Assembly (NCBI GenBank): GCA_002938195.1
Contig: PTKX01000001.1
Span: forward strand, 41,878 to 105,877
Reading direction: 5' to 3'
Length of the DNA: 64,000 nt
Source: Alphaproteobacteria bacterium MarineAlpha5_Bin7
Lineage (GTDB): Bacteria; Pseudomonadota; Alphaproteobacteria; HIMB59; GCA-002718135
Shown: in pieces, positions 37,826 through 48,373 of the stretch
Position numbering within the stretch: the stretch's first letter is position 1
Layout: each line of letters opens with the position of its first letter
The notes under the pieces: model-generated
Told to the model about the DNA's origin: nothing
The model's database searches: none
The model's input: the letters and a program-made list of their open reading frames with translations, nothing else
Translations under genes and position numbers: made by a program

Positions 37826-40213
37826 ATGAAGTTTACACTCAGTTGGCTTAAAGAACATTTAGATACAAATTGGGATTTAAATAAAATTAGTTCAACCCTG
37901 ACCAATATAGGGTTAGAAGTTGAGTCAATTACTGATAGATCCGAAGAACTAGCACCATTTAAAGTAGCCAAAGTTTTGAATGCTTATAAACATCCTAATG
38001 CTGATAAATTAAAAGTATGCGAAGTAAAGTCCGATAATGGAACCTACCAAGTAGTTTGTGGAGCTCCAAATGCTAAAACAGGCATGCTTGGAATTTTTGC
38101 ACCTGAAAATTCTTTTATACCTGGAACTAAATTGAAATTAAAAAAAACAAAAATAAGAGATGTCGAGTCTTGCGGAATGTTAGTTTCAGAAAGGGAGATG
38201 GGAATATCAGATGAACATGAGGGTATTATCGAAGTTGATCAACAATATAAAATTGGCGATTCTTTTTCTGTAATTTATGGATTAAATGATCCTATAATTG
38301 AAATAAATATCACACCTAATAGATCTGATTGTTTATCGGTAAGGGGTATAGCAAGAGACTTGCAGGCAGCAGGAGCAGGAAAACTAAAAGAATTAAAAAT
38401 TAATATAACTGAAGGTGATTATAATAGCCCTATTAAGTGGTTAAGAAAATTTAATAAAACTAATGAAAAACTATGTCCGGGAGTTTCTGGCAGGTTCTTT
38501 AAAAATGTTAAAAACACGGAAAGCCCTGATTGGTTGAAAAATAAATTATTAGCTATTGGTCTAAGACCTATTTCGGCTCTTGTAGATATAACTAATTTTG
38601 TTACTTTTGATCTAGGAAGACCTTTGCATGTGTATGATGCTGATAAGTTAGAGGGCGATCTTTCCATGAGATTAGCTAACAGTGGAGAAAAATGCAAAAC
38701 CCTTGATGAAAAAGAATATGTTTTATCGTCTGATATGATTGTTATAGCTGATGAAAAAAAATTGCATGGGATAGGCGGTGTAATGGGCGGTCTGGATTCG
38801 GGTTGCTCAATAGAAACAAGAAATGTCTTTTTAGAAGTAGCACTTTTTGATCCTGTCAGTGTCACAAAAACAGGTAGAAAATTAAATTTACAAAGTGATG
38901 CTAGATATAGATTTGAAAGAGGAATTGATAATACATCAATAGATTGGGGAGTAGACAAAGCTACTGAATTAATTTTAAAATTATGTGGAGGAGAGGTAAG
39001 TAAAATAACCAAAAGTCAATCAATCAAGAAAAATCAAAAAATTATAGATTATGATTTTAGTAAAACCAAAACTCTAGGTGGAATTGATATTTCAATAGAT
39101 GAACAAAAATCAATATTACAAAGTTTAGGCTTTTCCTTTGATAATTCTAAAATAAAAATACCTTTTTTTAGACCTGATATTGATAGGTCGGCTGATATAG
39201 TTGAAGAAATTGTGAGAATTTATGGTTATGATAAAATTAAACCAGTATCTATTTTAAGAGATACAAAATTAAAAAAACAAATTCTAAGTGATCAACTCAA
39301 ATCTTTTTATAAATCAAAAAGAATCATTGCAAGCAGAGGCTATTATGAAACAGTCACTTGGTCTTTTATATCAAATGAGTTATCAAACATCCAAGACAAT
39401 CAATGTATTGTAAGAATTAAAAATCCAATTAGCAATGATTTAGATACAATGCGGCCATCTATTTTCCCCAACCTATTAAATGCTATAAATATGAATATAA
39501 GTCGTTTATTTTATAATGGAAAATTATTTGAAGTTGGTCCTCAATTTTTTGGAACAGAAGAAAATGAACAATCAATGGTTGCAACAGGAATCATCTATGG
39601 ATCAAGGTATATTGAAAATTGGAATGATGAAAAAAGAATAGTTGATGCTTATGATATTAAGAGCGATACATTTTTTATTCTTAGTCAACTAAATGTTCCA
39701 GTAGAAAATCTTTTGCATGAAAATTCAACAAATAATTATTTTCACCCAGGAAAGTCAGCCCAACTAAAGATAGGAAAAAATATCATAGCTCAATTTGGCG
39801 AAATACATCCCTATATTTTACAAAAATTTGAAATTAAAACAAAAGTTAATGGATTTGAAATATATTTGGATGAATTATCAAATTTTCAAACAAAAAAAAT
39901 ATCTACCAAAAAGGCTTATCATAACAATGTTTTACAAGCCGTTGAAAGAGATTTTGCTTTTTTATTTCCACAAAAAGTTAGAGCGGAAGAGGTTATTAAA
40001 TTGATAAAAAGCATAAACAAACAGATAATGAAGAAAGTTACAATTTTTGATGTATTTGAAGGAAATAAACTTCCTGAAGGCACGAAGAGTATTGCATTCA
40101 AAATAATTTTACAACCAGTCGAAAAAACTTTTACTGATAATGAAATAGAAAAAATATCAGATAATATTATTGATCTTATCTCAAAAAATTTTGAAGGCAA
40201 ATTAAGACAATAA
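37826..40213 (+). CDS. pheT: Phenylalanine-tRNA ligase beta subunit
   Basis: [13 protein letters not shown]-terminus with tRNA-binding, B3/4, B5 and FDX-ACB layout. 795 aa. Confidence 0.97.
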   Translation: MKFTLSWLKEHLDTNWDLNKISSTLTNIGLEVESITDRSEELAPFKVAKVLNAYKHPNADKLKVCEVKSDNGTYQVVCGAPNAKTGMLGIFAPENSFIPGTKLKLKKTKIRDVESCGMLVSEREMGISDEHEGIIEVDQQYKIGDSFSVIYGLNDPIIEINITPNRSDCLSVRGIARDLQAAGAGKLKELKINITEGDYNSPIKWLRKFNKTNEKLCPGVSGRFFKNVKNTESPDWLKNKLLAIGLRPISALVDITNFVTFDLGRPLHVYDADKLEGDLSMRLANSGEKCKTLDEKEYVLSSDMIVIADEKKLHGIGGVMGGLDSGCSIETRNVFLEVALFDPVSVTKTGRKLNLQSDARYRFERGIDNTSIDWGVDKATELILKLCGGEVSKITKSQSIKKNQKIIDYDFSKTKTLGGIDISIDEQKSILQSLGFSFDNSKIKIPFFRPDIDRSADIVEEIVRIYGYDKIKPVSILRDTKLKKQILSDQLKSFYKSKRIIASRGYYETVTWSFISNELSNIQDNQCIVRIKNPISNDLDTMRPSIFPNLLNAINMNISRLFYNGKLFEVGPQFFGTEENEQSMVATGIIYGSRYIENWNDEKRIVDAYDIKSDTFFILSQLNVPVENLLHENSTNNYFHPGKSAQLKIGKNIIAQFGEIHPYILQKFEIKTKVNGFEIYLDELSNFQTKKISTKKAYHNNVLQAVERDFAFLFPQKVRAEEVIKLIKSINKQIMKKVTIFDVFEGNKLPEGTKSIAFKIILQPVEKTFTDNEIEKISDNIIDLISKNFEGKLRQ

Positions 40214-40215
40214 TA

Positions 40216-42018
40216 ATGACAGAATTAAAAAATATTAGAAATTTTTCTATAGTTGCTCATATTGATCACGGTAAATCAACTTTAGCTGATCGTCTTATCC
40301 AGTATTGTGGAGGGTTAAGCGATAGAGAAATGAAAGAACAAGTTCTTGATTCCATGGAACTTGAAAGAGAAAGAGGAATTACTATCAAGGCTCAGACTGT
40401 TAGGCTCAATTATAATGCAAAGGATGGAAAAAAATATATTTTAAATTTAATGGATACACCAGGACACGTAGACTTTTCTTATGAAGTTTCAAGATCACTG
40501 GCAGCTTGCGAAAGTTCTTTACTGATTGTTGATTCCACTCAAGGAGTAGAGGCACAAACATTAGCTAATGCATATCAAGCAATAAATAATGATCATGAAA
40601 TATTACCTGTTTTAAATAAAATTGATTTACCATCTTCTGAACCAGAAAAAATTAAAACACAAATTGAAGAAGTGCTTGGCATTGATACTGAAGAGTCAGT
40701 ATTAGTTTCTGCAAAAACAGGCAAGGGTGTAGAAGAATTACTTGAAAAAATTGTAATAAAATTACCTGTACCAAAAGGAGAAATAGATAATCCTTTAAAA
40801 TGTATGCTTGTTGATAGTTGGTATGATAGTTATCTTGGAGTTGTTGTTTTAGTTCGAGTAATAGATGGACAGCTAAAAAAAAATCAAAAAATAAGATTTA
40901 TGGCAGCAGGAGCTAGCCATACAATTGATCGTGTTGGAATATTTACTCCAAAACCAATAGAGGTGGAAAGTTTAAGTCCAGGTGAAATAGGATTTATAAA
41001 TTCTGGGATTAAAAGTGTAGCAGACTGTAAAGTTGGAGACACAATAACTGAAGAAAAAAAACCAGCTGATTTACCTTTGTCAGGCTTTAAACCTTCTCAA
41101 CCAGTCGTTTTTTGTGGAATGTTTCCTGTAGACTCAGATGATTATGAACATTTACGTGATAGTATGGTGAAACTAGCTTTAAATGACTCAAGTTTCTCAT
41201 ATGAACCAGAAGTAAGTCCTGCGTTAGGTTATGGTTTTAGATGTGGTTTTTTAGGATTATTGCACCTTGAAATAATCAGAGATCGATTTGAGCTTGAGTT
41301 TAATTTAGAACTTGTAACTACTGCTCCCTCAGTAGTTTACAAAATAAACATGAAGGATGGTTCAATAAAAGATTTACACAACCCAACAGACATGCCTGAT
41401 CCTGTAAAAATAGAAACAATTTCAGAACCCTGGATTAAAGCTACAATAATAGTTCCAGATGAATTTTTAGGAGCAGTTTTGGAATTATGTACTTCTAAAC
41501 GCGGTATTCAAAATCACTTGAGTTATACAGGTACCAGAGCTCTGGTTGAATACAAACTTCCTTTAAATGAAGTCGTTTTTGATTTTTATGACAGACTTAA
41601 ATCTATTACTAAAGGATATGCTAGTTTTGATTATGAAATAACAGGATATGAAATTAACGAACTTGTTAAAGTCAATATAATGATCAATGGAGATCCTGTT
41701 GATGCATTATCTTTAATTGTACATAAGGACAGATCTCAACAAAGAGGAAGAGCGCTTTGTGAAAGATTAAAAGATTTAATTCCTAGACAACAGTTTAAAG
41801 TAGCGATTCAAGCAGCTATTGGAGGAAAAATTATAGCTCGTGAAACTGTGGCATCCTTCAGAAAAGATGTTACTCAAAAATTATATGGAGGAGACGTTAC
41901 ACGAAAAAATAAATTATTAGATAAGCAGAAAAAAGGTAAAAAAAGAATGAGACAATTTGGAAAAGTTGATATTCCTCAAAATGCTTTTTTAAATGCTTTA
42001 AAAATGAATAATAATTAG
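40216..42018 (+). CDS. lepA: Elongation factor 4 (LepA)
   Basis: [21 protein letters not shown] and DTPGHVDF GTPase motifs, with a LepA C-terminal domain. 600 aa. Confidence 0.97.
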   Translation: MTELKNIRNFSIVAHIDHGKSTLADRLIQYCGGLSDREMKEQVLDSMELERERGITIKAQTVRLNYNAKDGKKYILNLMDTPGHVDFSYEVSRSLAACESSLLIVDSTQGVEAQTLANAYQAINNDHEILPVLNKIDLPSSEPEKIKTQIEEVLGIDTEESVLVSAKTGKGVEELLEKIVIKLPVPKGEIDNPLKCMLVDSWYDSYLGVVVLVRVIDGQLKKNQKIRFMAAGASHTIDRVGIFTPKPIEVESLSPGEIGFINSGIKSVADCKVGDTITEEKKPADLPLSGFKPSQPVVFCGMFPVDSDDYEHLRDSMVKLALNDSSFSYEPEVSPALGYGFRCGFLGLLHLEIIRDRFELEFNLELVTTAPSVVYKINMKDGSIKDLHNPTDMPDPVKIETISEPWIKATIIVPDEFLGAVLELCTSKRGIQNHLSYTGTRALVEYKLPLNEVVFDFYDRLKSITKGYASFDYEITGYEINELVKVNIMINGDPVDALSLIVHKDRSQQRGRALCERLKDLIPRQQFKVAIQAAIGGKIIARETVASFRKDVTQKLYGGDVTRKNKLLDKQKKGKKRMRQFGKVDIPQNAFLNALKMNNN

Positions 42019-42036
42019 CCTCTAAATTACAACATT

Positions 42037-42726
42037 ATGAATTTTAACGAAGAATATTATCGTAGTAATAAACAAGATAAAGATAGAATTGGTTTATTTT
42101 TTTATAAAAATCTAATTAATTATTATTTTAAACCAAAAGCAATTTTAGATTATGGATGCGGAACAGGCTATCTTTTAAAAAGACTTTCAAGACTTCGAAC
42201 TGTTCAATCTAGTTATGGCTTTGAAATCAATGAATTTGCAATAAATGAAGCAAAAAATAATTCTAAAAACACAAATGTAATTAGTGATCTCAAAAAAATT
42301 AATAGTGAATCCATTGATACAATAATTTCATTGCATGTAATTGAACATCTTTCTAACAAAGAATTGGAACAAATAATAAAATCTTTTAGACGTATATTAA
42401 ATAAAAATGGAAACATAGTATTCGCAACCCCGGCTAAAGATGGACTTGCGCATAAAATAAAACAAAAAACATGGATAGGATTCAGTGATAAAACACATAT
42501 TAATTTAAAAACTTTCAAAGAATGGAAAAATTTTTTCAATAGTAACGGACTAAAAATAATTAAATCTTCTAATGATGGTCTATGGGATTTTCCTTATAAT
42601 CATAATAAATTCACAATGGGTAGGATATTAATATTTATTAAAATGATTTTTCAAATTTTAACGGGCAGACTTTTATTAAAATATGATCAAGGTGAAACAT
42701 TTATATTTATTTTACAGTTCGAATGA
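42037..42726 (+). CDS. Class I SAM-dependent methyltransferase
   Basis: ILDYGCGTGYLL motif I and ISLHVIEHL post-II region. 229 aa with a hydrophobic C-terminal tail. Confidence 0.75.
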   Translation: MNFNEEYYRSNKQDKDRIGLFFYKNLINYYFKPKAILDYGCGTGYLLKRLSRLRTVQSSYGFEINEFAINEAKNNSKNTNVISDLKKINSESIDTIISLHVIEHLSNKELEQIIKSFRRILNKNGNIVFATPAKDGLAHKIKQKTWIGFSDKTHINLKTFKEWKNFFNSNGLKIIKSSNDGLWDFPYNHNKFTMGRILIFIKMIFQILTGRLLLKYDQGETFIFILQFE

Positions 42727-42796
42727 AGCCACAAATTACATATTGTTTGATGTTAGCGAAGATGTATAGTATTAGAACATTTTAATTAACACAATT

Positions 42797-43495
42797 ATGG
42801 AAAATACATTTTCAAGTTTTTTTTCAACCTTATATAATGATATCTTTATAAGAGGCACAGTAGGTCTATTATTAGAAGGACAGTTCAGATTATTTACAGT
42901 TTTAGTTTTATTAATTTTTTCATTAATAATTAGACAAGCAATAATTCTTTTAGGTCAAAATTGGGTTAAAACTTTTTCCCATACCTTGACATTGATATTG
43001 TTGCCAATAATAACTTATGTCATTACTTCAGTAATATCTAGCAATCTTGCATTAGCTTTAGGTATGGTGGGAGCATTATCAATTGTTAGGTTTCGTAATC
43101 CAGTTAAATCTCCATTTGAATTAGCAATTTATTTTACAATGATTACAGCAGGAATTGCTGGTGCAGTTAGTTTAAAATGGTTATTATTACTTTTAGTATC
43201 AATCTTTTCTGTTTTAATATTATCTTTTATAATAAATAAATTTTATTTGATATTTTTTGGAAGATCTTTTTATACTGTTTCTTTTACAGAAGGAAACTCT
43301 TTACATACTTTAGAGATTACATCTAAAGCTACTTTAGTTGAGTTGGCTTCAAGATATGATTTAGTTAATTTTGTTAAAAATGATAATAATATCATATACA
43401 GAATAGCAAACAGTAATAAGAAAGAAATAATGGATGTAGCCGCTTCTTTAGAAAATAATGATCAAGTTTTAAGTATTGTTTTCAATAGTGCGTAA
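42797..43495 (+). CDS. DUF4956-family integral membrane protein
   Basis: Four to five TM segments plus a soluble C-terminal domain. The GALSIVRFRNPVKSPFELAIYFTMITAGIAGA block matches the family-defining (S/L)IVRFR...D/P...G motif as I recall it. Confidence 0.75.
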   Translation: MENTFSSFFSTLYNDIFIRGTVGLLLEGQFRLFTVLVLLIFSLIIRQAIILLGQNWVKTFSHTLTLILLPIITYVITSVISSNLALALGMVGALSIVRFRNPVKSPFELAIYFTMITAGIAGAVSLKWLLLLLVSIFSVLILSFIINKFYLIFFGRSFYTVSFTEGNSLHTLEITSKATLVELASRYDLVNFVKNDNNIIYRIANSNKKEIMDVAASLENNDQVLSIVFNSA

Positions 43496-43500
43496 TCAAA

Positions 43501-46071
43501 TTGATATTAAGTGTGAGTATATTAAGATTTAACATATTAACATTTATCTTTTTAGCAGCTTATTCAACTGCTGCTAATTCTCAAACTATAACTAGCTGGT
43601 CCGAATTATGGAATGGAGCTCAGACAGCAGAACAAATTTTAGATCCTGATGATAATGTTAATACTCATTGTGATTTTCAAACTGGCGAATATGCAGAAGA
43701 AATGTCTAATTTAAATAGTTTTAAAAATATTGAGGTTCAAATAAATAATAAAAAAAAATGGATTCGTAATGGTTTAGCTATACTAAAAACAAAAAGCAAT
43801 CATATGCACAAATCTTTTTTTACCTTAAATAATGATAACAAGTTCGAAATAAAAAGCAATTTCTATTCATTTAAATGGAATAAAGATAAATTTAAGAGCG
43901 GTTTAGTATGGGATAGTTTTACTGATTATATGAACATAGATCAAAAATATAAATCAAAATTTAAAGCAAAAGTTATAGTTAATTATGATTTTGGCACATG
44001 TATTTATGATGCAAGAGTAAGACAAACAGGAGATATGATGGATCATATTTCTTATCAAAGAGATAATCTTATACAGTCTCTAAGTATACAACTTAAGGAA
44101 GGCAGTATTGCAAACATTGTAAATTTCAAATTATTTAGAAAAGAGGCAAGAAATGCCTTAACTGAAATTTTAATAACATTGTTACTTAAAGAGTTAGACT
44201 ATATTGCTCCTCGTACCCGACTTGTAAGCGTTAATGTAAATGGTTATGAAAGAGATATGTTGTTTCAGGAAAATCCAGTAAAAGAAATGCTTGAAAAAAA
44301 TCTTCGCAGAGAAGGCCCACTCTTTGAAGGAGATGAAACAGTTCAATATAATACTTCTTCTTACACAGATGGTTATGAGTGGAAAAATCAAGAATTCATT
44401 TTTTCACTTTCAAATACCAGAATCGAAAACAAAAAATGGGCAATGCAAAATAATAGCGCTTTAAGAATGGCACTTAAAGCTCAATCAAAACTTCAATTAG
44501 TATATATGGACTGGAGATCACAAACTAGTGATAGCGTTTCTATCACTCCAAGAAGTATAAAAATAGATCATTTAACTCAAGGGAATTCTTTTGCTACAAA
44601 TGATCTTGAAGCCTATAATATTTTAATTTTATTAGGTTTAGGTGATACTCATCAGTTCACCGCTAATCGTAAATTTTTTTGGAACTCTTTGAAAGGTGCC
44701 TTTGAACCAGTTTATTATGACTCAATGATAGCACATAACAAAATACCTGAAATAAAACCTTTTAAGTTTAGTCTTGATCAAGATTATTTTTATTCAAAAA
44801 AATTTATCAAAATCGTTGAAAATTTAAATTTTAAATTAAACAATATTAAAATAGACCAAATCATTGATGAAGCCATGCTACTTTGCAGAGGTTATTATTG
44901 TGTAAAAAAAGATATGGTTAAATTTTTTAATGATATAAAAAAAAATTTAGAAATGTATCAGAGTATGCTTGAGTATGATAAAAAAAATTTAAAAGTAATA
45001 GATGAAAGCTTAGATGAAAAACAAACTATAAGAAATTATAAAAATCGTTTATTTCACTATTTGCCTAATAGCAATGTCTACTTTATTGATATTAATAGTA
45101 TTAATATTAATAAAAATTTAGAAGAATCACCTCAGATAAAAGCAATAAAATGCAATATACCATCATGTGAAGAAGTTTTAGTTACAAGAGAATTTGTATT
45201 AGATATGATGAAAGCTGATACATATGGAAGATATGAACAGCACACTTATGGAGGAGTTTATAATAATCAAAACAAAACAACAAAAACCTTTATTGAAGAG
45301 CTAAAAATTGAAATAACGCATAGCTTTGGTTCATCTGTAATCTATGACAGTAATTCAAAAACCATTAAATTTTATCAAGACAATAAAGATGATTGGTTTT
45401 TGCTAAGTGATGTCAATTTAAGTAATATAAATTTTGAAATGATATCTAGTTTTGACAATAATAAAAAATTAATAAGCCGTTTTAATGAATATGGTTTAAC
45501 TGGGTGTATTAATTTTTTTCAAGTGAATTTTATTAATGTTAATATGAAAATAGTAGGTGGAGGTTGTGAAGATAGTTTAAATATAATTAAAAGTACTGGC
45601 GCTATTAATGAACTTAATGTTTCAGAAGCATTATCAGATGCTGTTGATCTTGATTTTTCAAATCTCAAAATAAAACTTTTAGATGTATCTCGGGCTCAAA
45701 ACGATTGTTTAGATGTCAGCGGAGGTACGTATCATCTCCATTATGGGTTATTAAAGGGTTGCGGTGATAAAGGTATTTCAGTCGGAGAATCTTCTCATTT
45801 CACAGGAAAAAATATTTTTGTTAATAATTCAAATATAGGAATTTCCTCAAAAGATTCTTCTATTACCAATATTGATTATCTTTCAGCTAAAGATATGAAT
45901 TTATGCCTTGAAGCTTATCAAAAAAAACAAGAATTTTATGGTTCAAAATTATTTGTAAATAAAAGTGATTGCCTCCCTTCGTCTCAAGGAAAAGAAAATA
46001 ACTTTTTTAAAGATGATAATTCTTTAATATCTATAAATGGTATCAAACATAATACAAATATGTATAATTAG
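43501..46071 (+). CDS. Secreted CotH-like atypical kinase-fold protein with beta-helix-like C-terminal repeats
   Basis: N-terminal signal peptide (ILTFIFLAAYSTAANSQ). CotH-type blocks are ARVRQTGDMMDHISYQRDNLIQSLSIQLKEG and LTEILITLLLKELDYIAPRTRLVSVNVNGYERDMLFQENPVKEMLEKNLRREG. The C-terminal ~230 aa show ~22-25-aa repeats (DSLNII / DAVDLDFS / DCLDVSGG / DKGISVGE / NIGISSKD). Start is TTG at 43501 or GTG at 43513. Confidence 0.7.
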   Translation: MILSVSILRFNILTFIFLAAYSTAANSQTITSWSELWNGAQTAEQILDPDDNVNTHCDFQTGEYAEEMSNLNSFKNIEVQINNKKKWIRNGLAILKTKSNHMHKSFFTLNNDNKFEIKSNFYSFKWNKDKFKSGLVWDSFTDYMNIDQKYKSKFKAKVIVNYDFGTCIYDARVRQTGDMMDHISYQRDNLIQSLSIQLKEGSIANIVNFKLFRKEARNALTEILITLLLKELDYIAPRTRLVSVNVNGYERDMLFQENPVKEMLEKNLRREGPLFEGDETVQYNTSSYTDGYEWKNQEFIFSLSNTRIENKKWAMQNNSALRMALKAQSKLQLVYMDWRSQTSDSVSITPRSIKIDHLTQGNSFATNDLEAYNILILLGLGDTHQFTANRKFFWNSLKGAFEPVYYDSMIAHNKIPEIKPFKFSLDQDYFYSKKFIKIVENLNFKLNNIKIDQIIDEAMLLCRGYYCVKKDMVKFFNDIKKNLEMYQSMLEYDKKNLKVIDESLDEKQTIRNYKNRLFHYLPNSNVYFIDINSININKNLEESPQIKAIKCNIPSCEEVLVTREFVLDMMKADTYGRYEQHTYGGVYNNQNKTTKTFIEELKIEITHSFGSSVIYDSNSKTIKFYQDNKDDWFLLSDVNLSNINFEMISSFDNNKKLISRFNEYGLTGCINFFQVNFINVNMKIVGGGCEDSLNIIKSTGAINELNVSEALSDAVDLDFSNLKIKLLDVSRAQNDCLDVSGGTYHLHYGLLKGCGDKGISVGESSHFTGKNIFVNNSNIGISSKDSSITNIDYLSAKDMNLCLEAYQKKQEFYGSKLFVNKSDCLPSSQGKENNFFKDDNSLISINGIKHNTNMYN

Positions 46072-46085
46072 TAATTAATCGATTT

Positions 46086-46706
46086 ATGAGTTTTAGAATA
46101 GAAGAAAAAATTCCTTTAACATATTCAGATATGATGAGTATGTATGATAATTTATATAAAAAAGGAATGAAAGAATTATATAAAAAAAGAACAATACAGA
46201 GTTTATATTTTGAAACAGGCGATTTTAAAATGTTTAGCGATGCTGAAGAAGGAACTTTACCTAGAAAAAAAATTCGTATTAGAAATTATCCAGAATCTAA
46301 ATCTAATTATTCTATAGAAAAAAAATATTCTTCCATAGAAGGAAGATATAAAACCTCTAATAAGATTCATTCCGATGAATATAAAGAATTTATCAAAAAT
46401 GGTATTTTTGATAATCTTTATGGTTTATGCATGCCTATATTAGAAGTAATTTATGAAAGAGAATATTTTCAACTTGAAAATATAAGAATAACTTTTGATA
46501 ATAACATTATTTATCGTTCTTTTAAAAATTTAAAAATAGAAAAAAGAGATAGTTGGTCAGTTGTAGAAATTAAAGCAAGTACAAATATAAATATTGACTA
46601 TTTAAGTAAACTTATTTCATCTCCTCGTAAAAGATTTTCAAAATTTTCAAATGGAATTCAAGCTATCAATTTTTCAAATAGTTTCATATCAGCTATTAAT
46701 CAATAA
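46086..46706 (+). CDS. VTC-domain protein (triphosphate-tunnel / polyphosphate-polymerase-like domain)
   Basis: 206 aa with blocks FRIEEKIPL, IQSLYFETGDF, RKKIRIRNY, YSIEKKYSSIEGRYKTSNKI, VIYEREYF, IRITFDNN, WSVVEIKAS and RFSKFSNG. These correspond to the beta-strand pattern of bacterial VTC/CYTH-like tunnel domains. Confidence 0.75.
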   Translation: MSFRIEEKIPLTYSDMMSMYDNLYKKGMKELYKKRTIQSLYFETGDFKMFSDAEEGTLPRKKIRIRNYPESKSNYSIEKKYSSIEGRYKTSNKIHSDEYKEFIKNGIFDNLYGLCMPILEVIYEREYFQLENIRITFDNNIIYRSFKNLKIEKRDSWSVVEIKASTNINIDYLSKLISSPRKRFSKFSNGIQAINFSNSFISAINQ

Positions 46707-46708
46707 TA

Positions 46709-48349
46709 ATGCATATTAATTTATTTAATAAAAATAATTTAATAATTTTAATTTTTTTTGTTTTTGGAATAGTACATTGGTTTTTCTTCTTTTTTTTTGT
46801 AGATTATTATCAATATGAGAAACATATATTTAGTAAAAGTGATTATAAAAATATAAGTCAAATATCTTCTATCAATAATAATAAATTTTTCTTTAATAAC
46901 CCTTATTCAGTAAGGGCTTTAGCAGACAAATATTACAAACGTGATTATGTTTTTTTTAAAAAAATATTAGAAAAAAAAGATTTTAAAAAAATCTTTCAAA
47001 AAAAAATATTCACTTTTAGTGATTGGCCTAACGAGCATAATGCATTAGCTGTCATAAAATATTCTTTAGAAAATAATATTATTCCTTATCATGCCCCTCA
47101 CAGTTTGGGACCAGGACCACCTAAAGATAGATGGATGGCTGGCCCAATAAATGTTATTACCCCTCAAATTATTCTTTTAAAGTTTGTTGATACACAAACA
47201 TTTTTTTTCATTAATCTTTTGTTAATGTATTCAATTGGATTTCTTGGATGCTTATTATTTAAATATAGATTTAATATTTCAAATTTTCCTTTTTTTATAT
47301 TGTTATTATTTTATAATTTTAATGGCTATTTTGTTGAAAAGATAGCCGCTTATGGACCTCATTACATGGGGTATTATATTCTTCCATATTGCATATATTT
47401 TTTATTTGTAATTGTTAATTCAGATTATAAAGATAAAGAAAGTCAACTATACTACGGAACATTATTTGGTTTAGCTCATAGTTTAATATTTTATCAAGGT
47501 ACATTACATCTTTACACCATTACCCTAACTTTTTTATTATTTTGGTACTTCTTTAATTTTAGAAATTATATATTCTTATTTTTTTCTTTATTTTTTAGCT
47601 TTTCTTTATCTTCAATAAAATTATTACCAGCAGCATTTGCTTATGGTACCACAGGTAACTTCCACTACTGGGAAGGAGGAGGATATTCAACACTTCCTTC
47701 CATAATTGAAAATATGATAGTTGTAAAAAATATTTTTCATTATCCCCCGTTCTCTCAGTGGGAAACTAGCTTGTATATAAGTGTTTTTGGCTTATTAATT
47801 TTAACTCTCTTTGTTTTTATTAAATCTTTTGATGATAGGAAGAGTGATATCAATTTAAGATCATTTATATTTCCTTTAATACTGATAACATTTATTTCTT
47901 TAAGATTTTATAAACATCTTATCATTCCTCATTGGATACCTCTTCTTAGCTCAGAGTCTTTAACTTCTAGATATATGATAATTCCTTTATTAATTTTAAC
48001 CTTTATAGCTATAATAAACTTAAACCATTATTTAATTATGAATAAAGAAAATGTATTTAATAAGATATTTATATATTCCTCAGGTATTCTTTGTTTTGTA
48101 TTAATTATGAATCACTCAAGAGTTTGGAGAATGCATAGAGTCCAAAGTGAAAGTGATTGGTATAATATTTTAACCTCAAACCAACAAAATCCTCTTTTAG
48201 ACGGAATTGTTAACAACAATTATAATGATAAATTATATATCTATATTTGTTGGGCAGGTGTAGCCATTTCATTTTTTAGTTTGATTTTATTAATTTTGTG
48301 TTTTATTTATAAAAAAAGTATTGCTAATAAATTACCTAGAGTTTTATAA
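46709..48349 (+). CDS. Polytopic (~12 TM) membrane protein of unknown function, possibly a GT-C-type glycosyltransferase or polymerase
   Basis: 546 aa. One TM is followed by a ~120-aa loop (HAPHSLGPGPPKDRWMAGP) and then ~11 hydrophobic segments. It starts 2 bp after the VTC gene stop. I recognise no family motif. Confidence 0.5.
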   Translation: MHINLFNKNNLIILIFFVFGIVHWFFFFFFVDYYQYEKHIFSKSDYKNISQISSINNNKFFFNNPYSVRALADKYYKRDYVFFKKILEKKDFKKIFQKKIFTFSDWPNEHNALAVIKYSLENNIIPYHAPHSLGPGPPKDRWMAGPINVITPQIILLKFVDTQTFFFINLLLMYSIGFLGCLLFKYRFNISNFPFFILLLFYNFNGYFVEKIAAYGPHYMGYYILPYCIYFLFVIVNSDYKDKESQLYYGTLFGLAHSLIFYQGTLHLYTITLTFLLFWYFFNFRNYIFLFFSLFFSFSLSSIKLLPAAFAYGTTGNFHYWEGGGYSTLPSIIENMIVVKNIFHYPPFSQWETSLYISVFGLLILTLFVFIKSFDDRKSDINLRSFIFPLILITFISLRFYKHLIIPHWIPLLSSESLTSRYMIIPLLILTFIAIINLNHYLIMNKENVFNKIFIYSSGILCFVLIMNHSRVWRMHRVQSESDWYNILTSNQQNPLLDGIVNNNYNDKLYIYICWAGVAISFFSLILLILCFIYKKSIANKLPRVL

Positions 48350-48373
48350 AATTGTTTATGATTAATGATAAAT

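Noticed and set aside
38419-39012. 197-aa ORF antisense to pheT, the longest overlapping ORF in the track.
   Set aside because: It lies entirely inside the well-supported pheT gene on the opposite strand. Its translation is Ser/Leu/Pro-rich and low-complexity with no recognisable motif, which is typical of a frame kept open by the codon bias of the sense gene.
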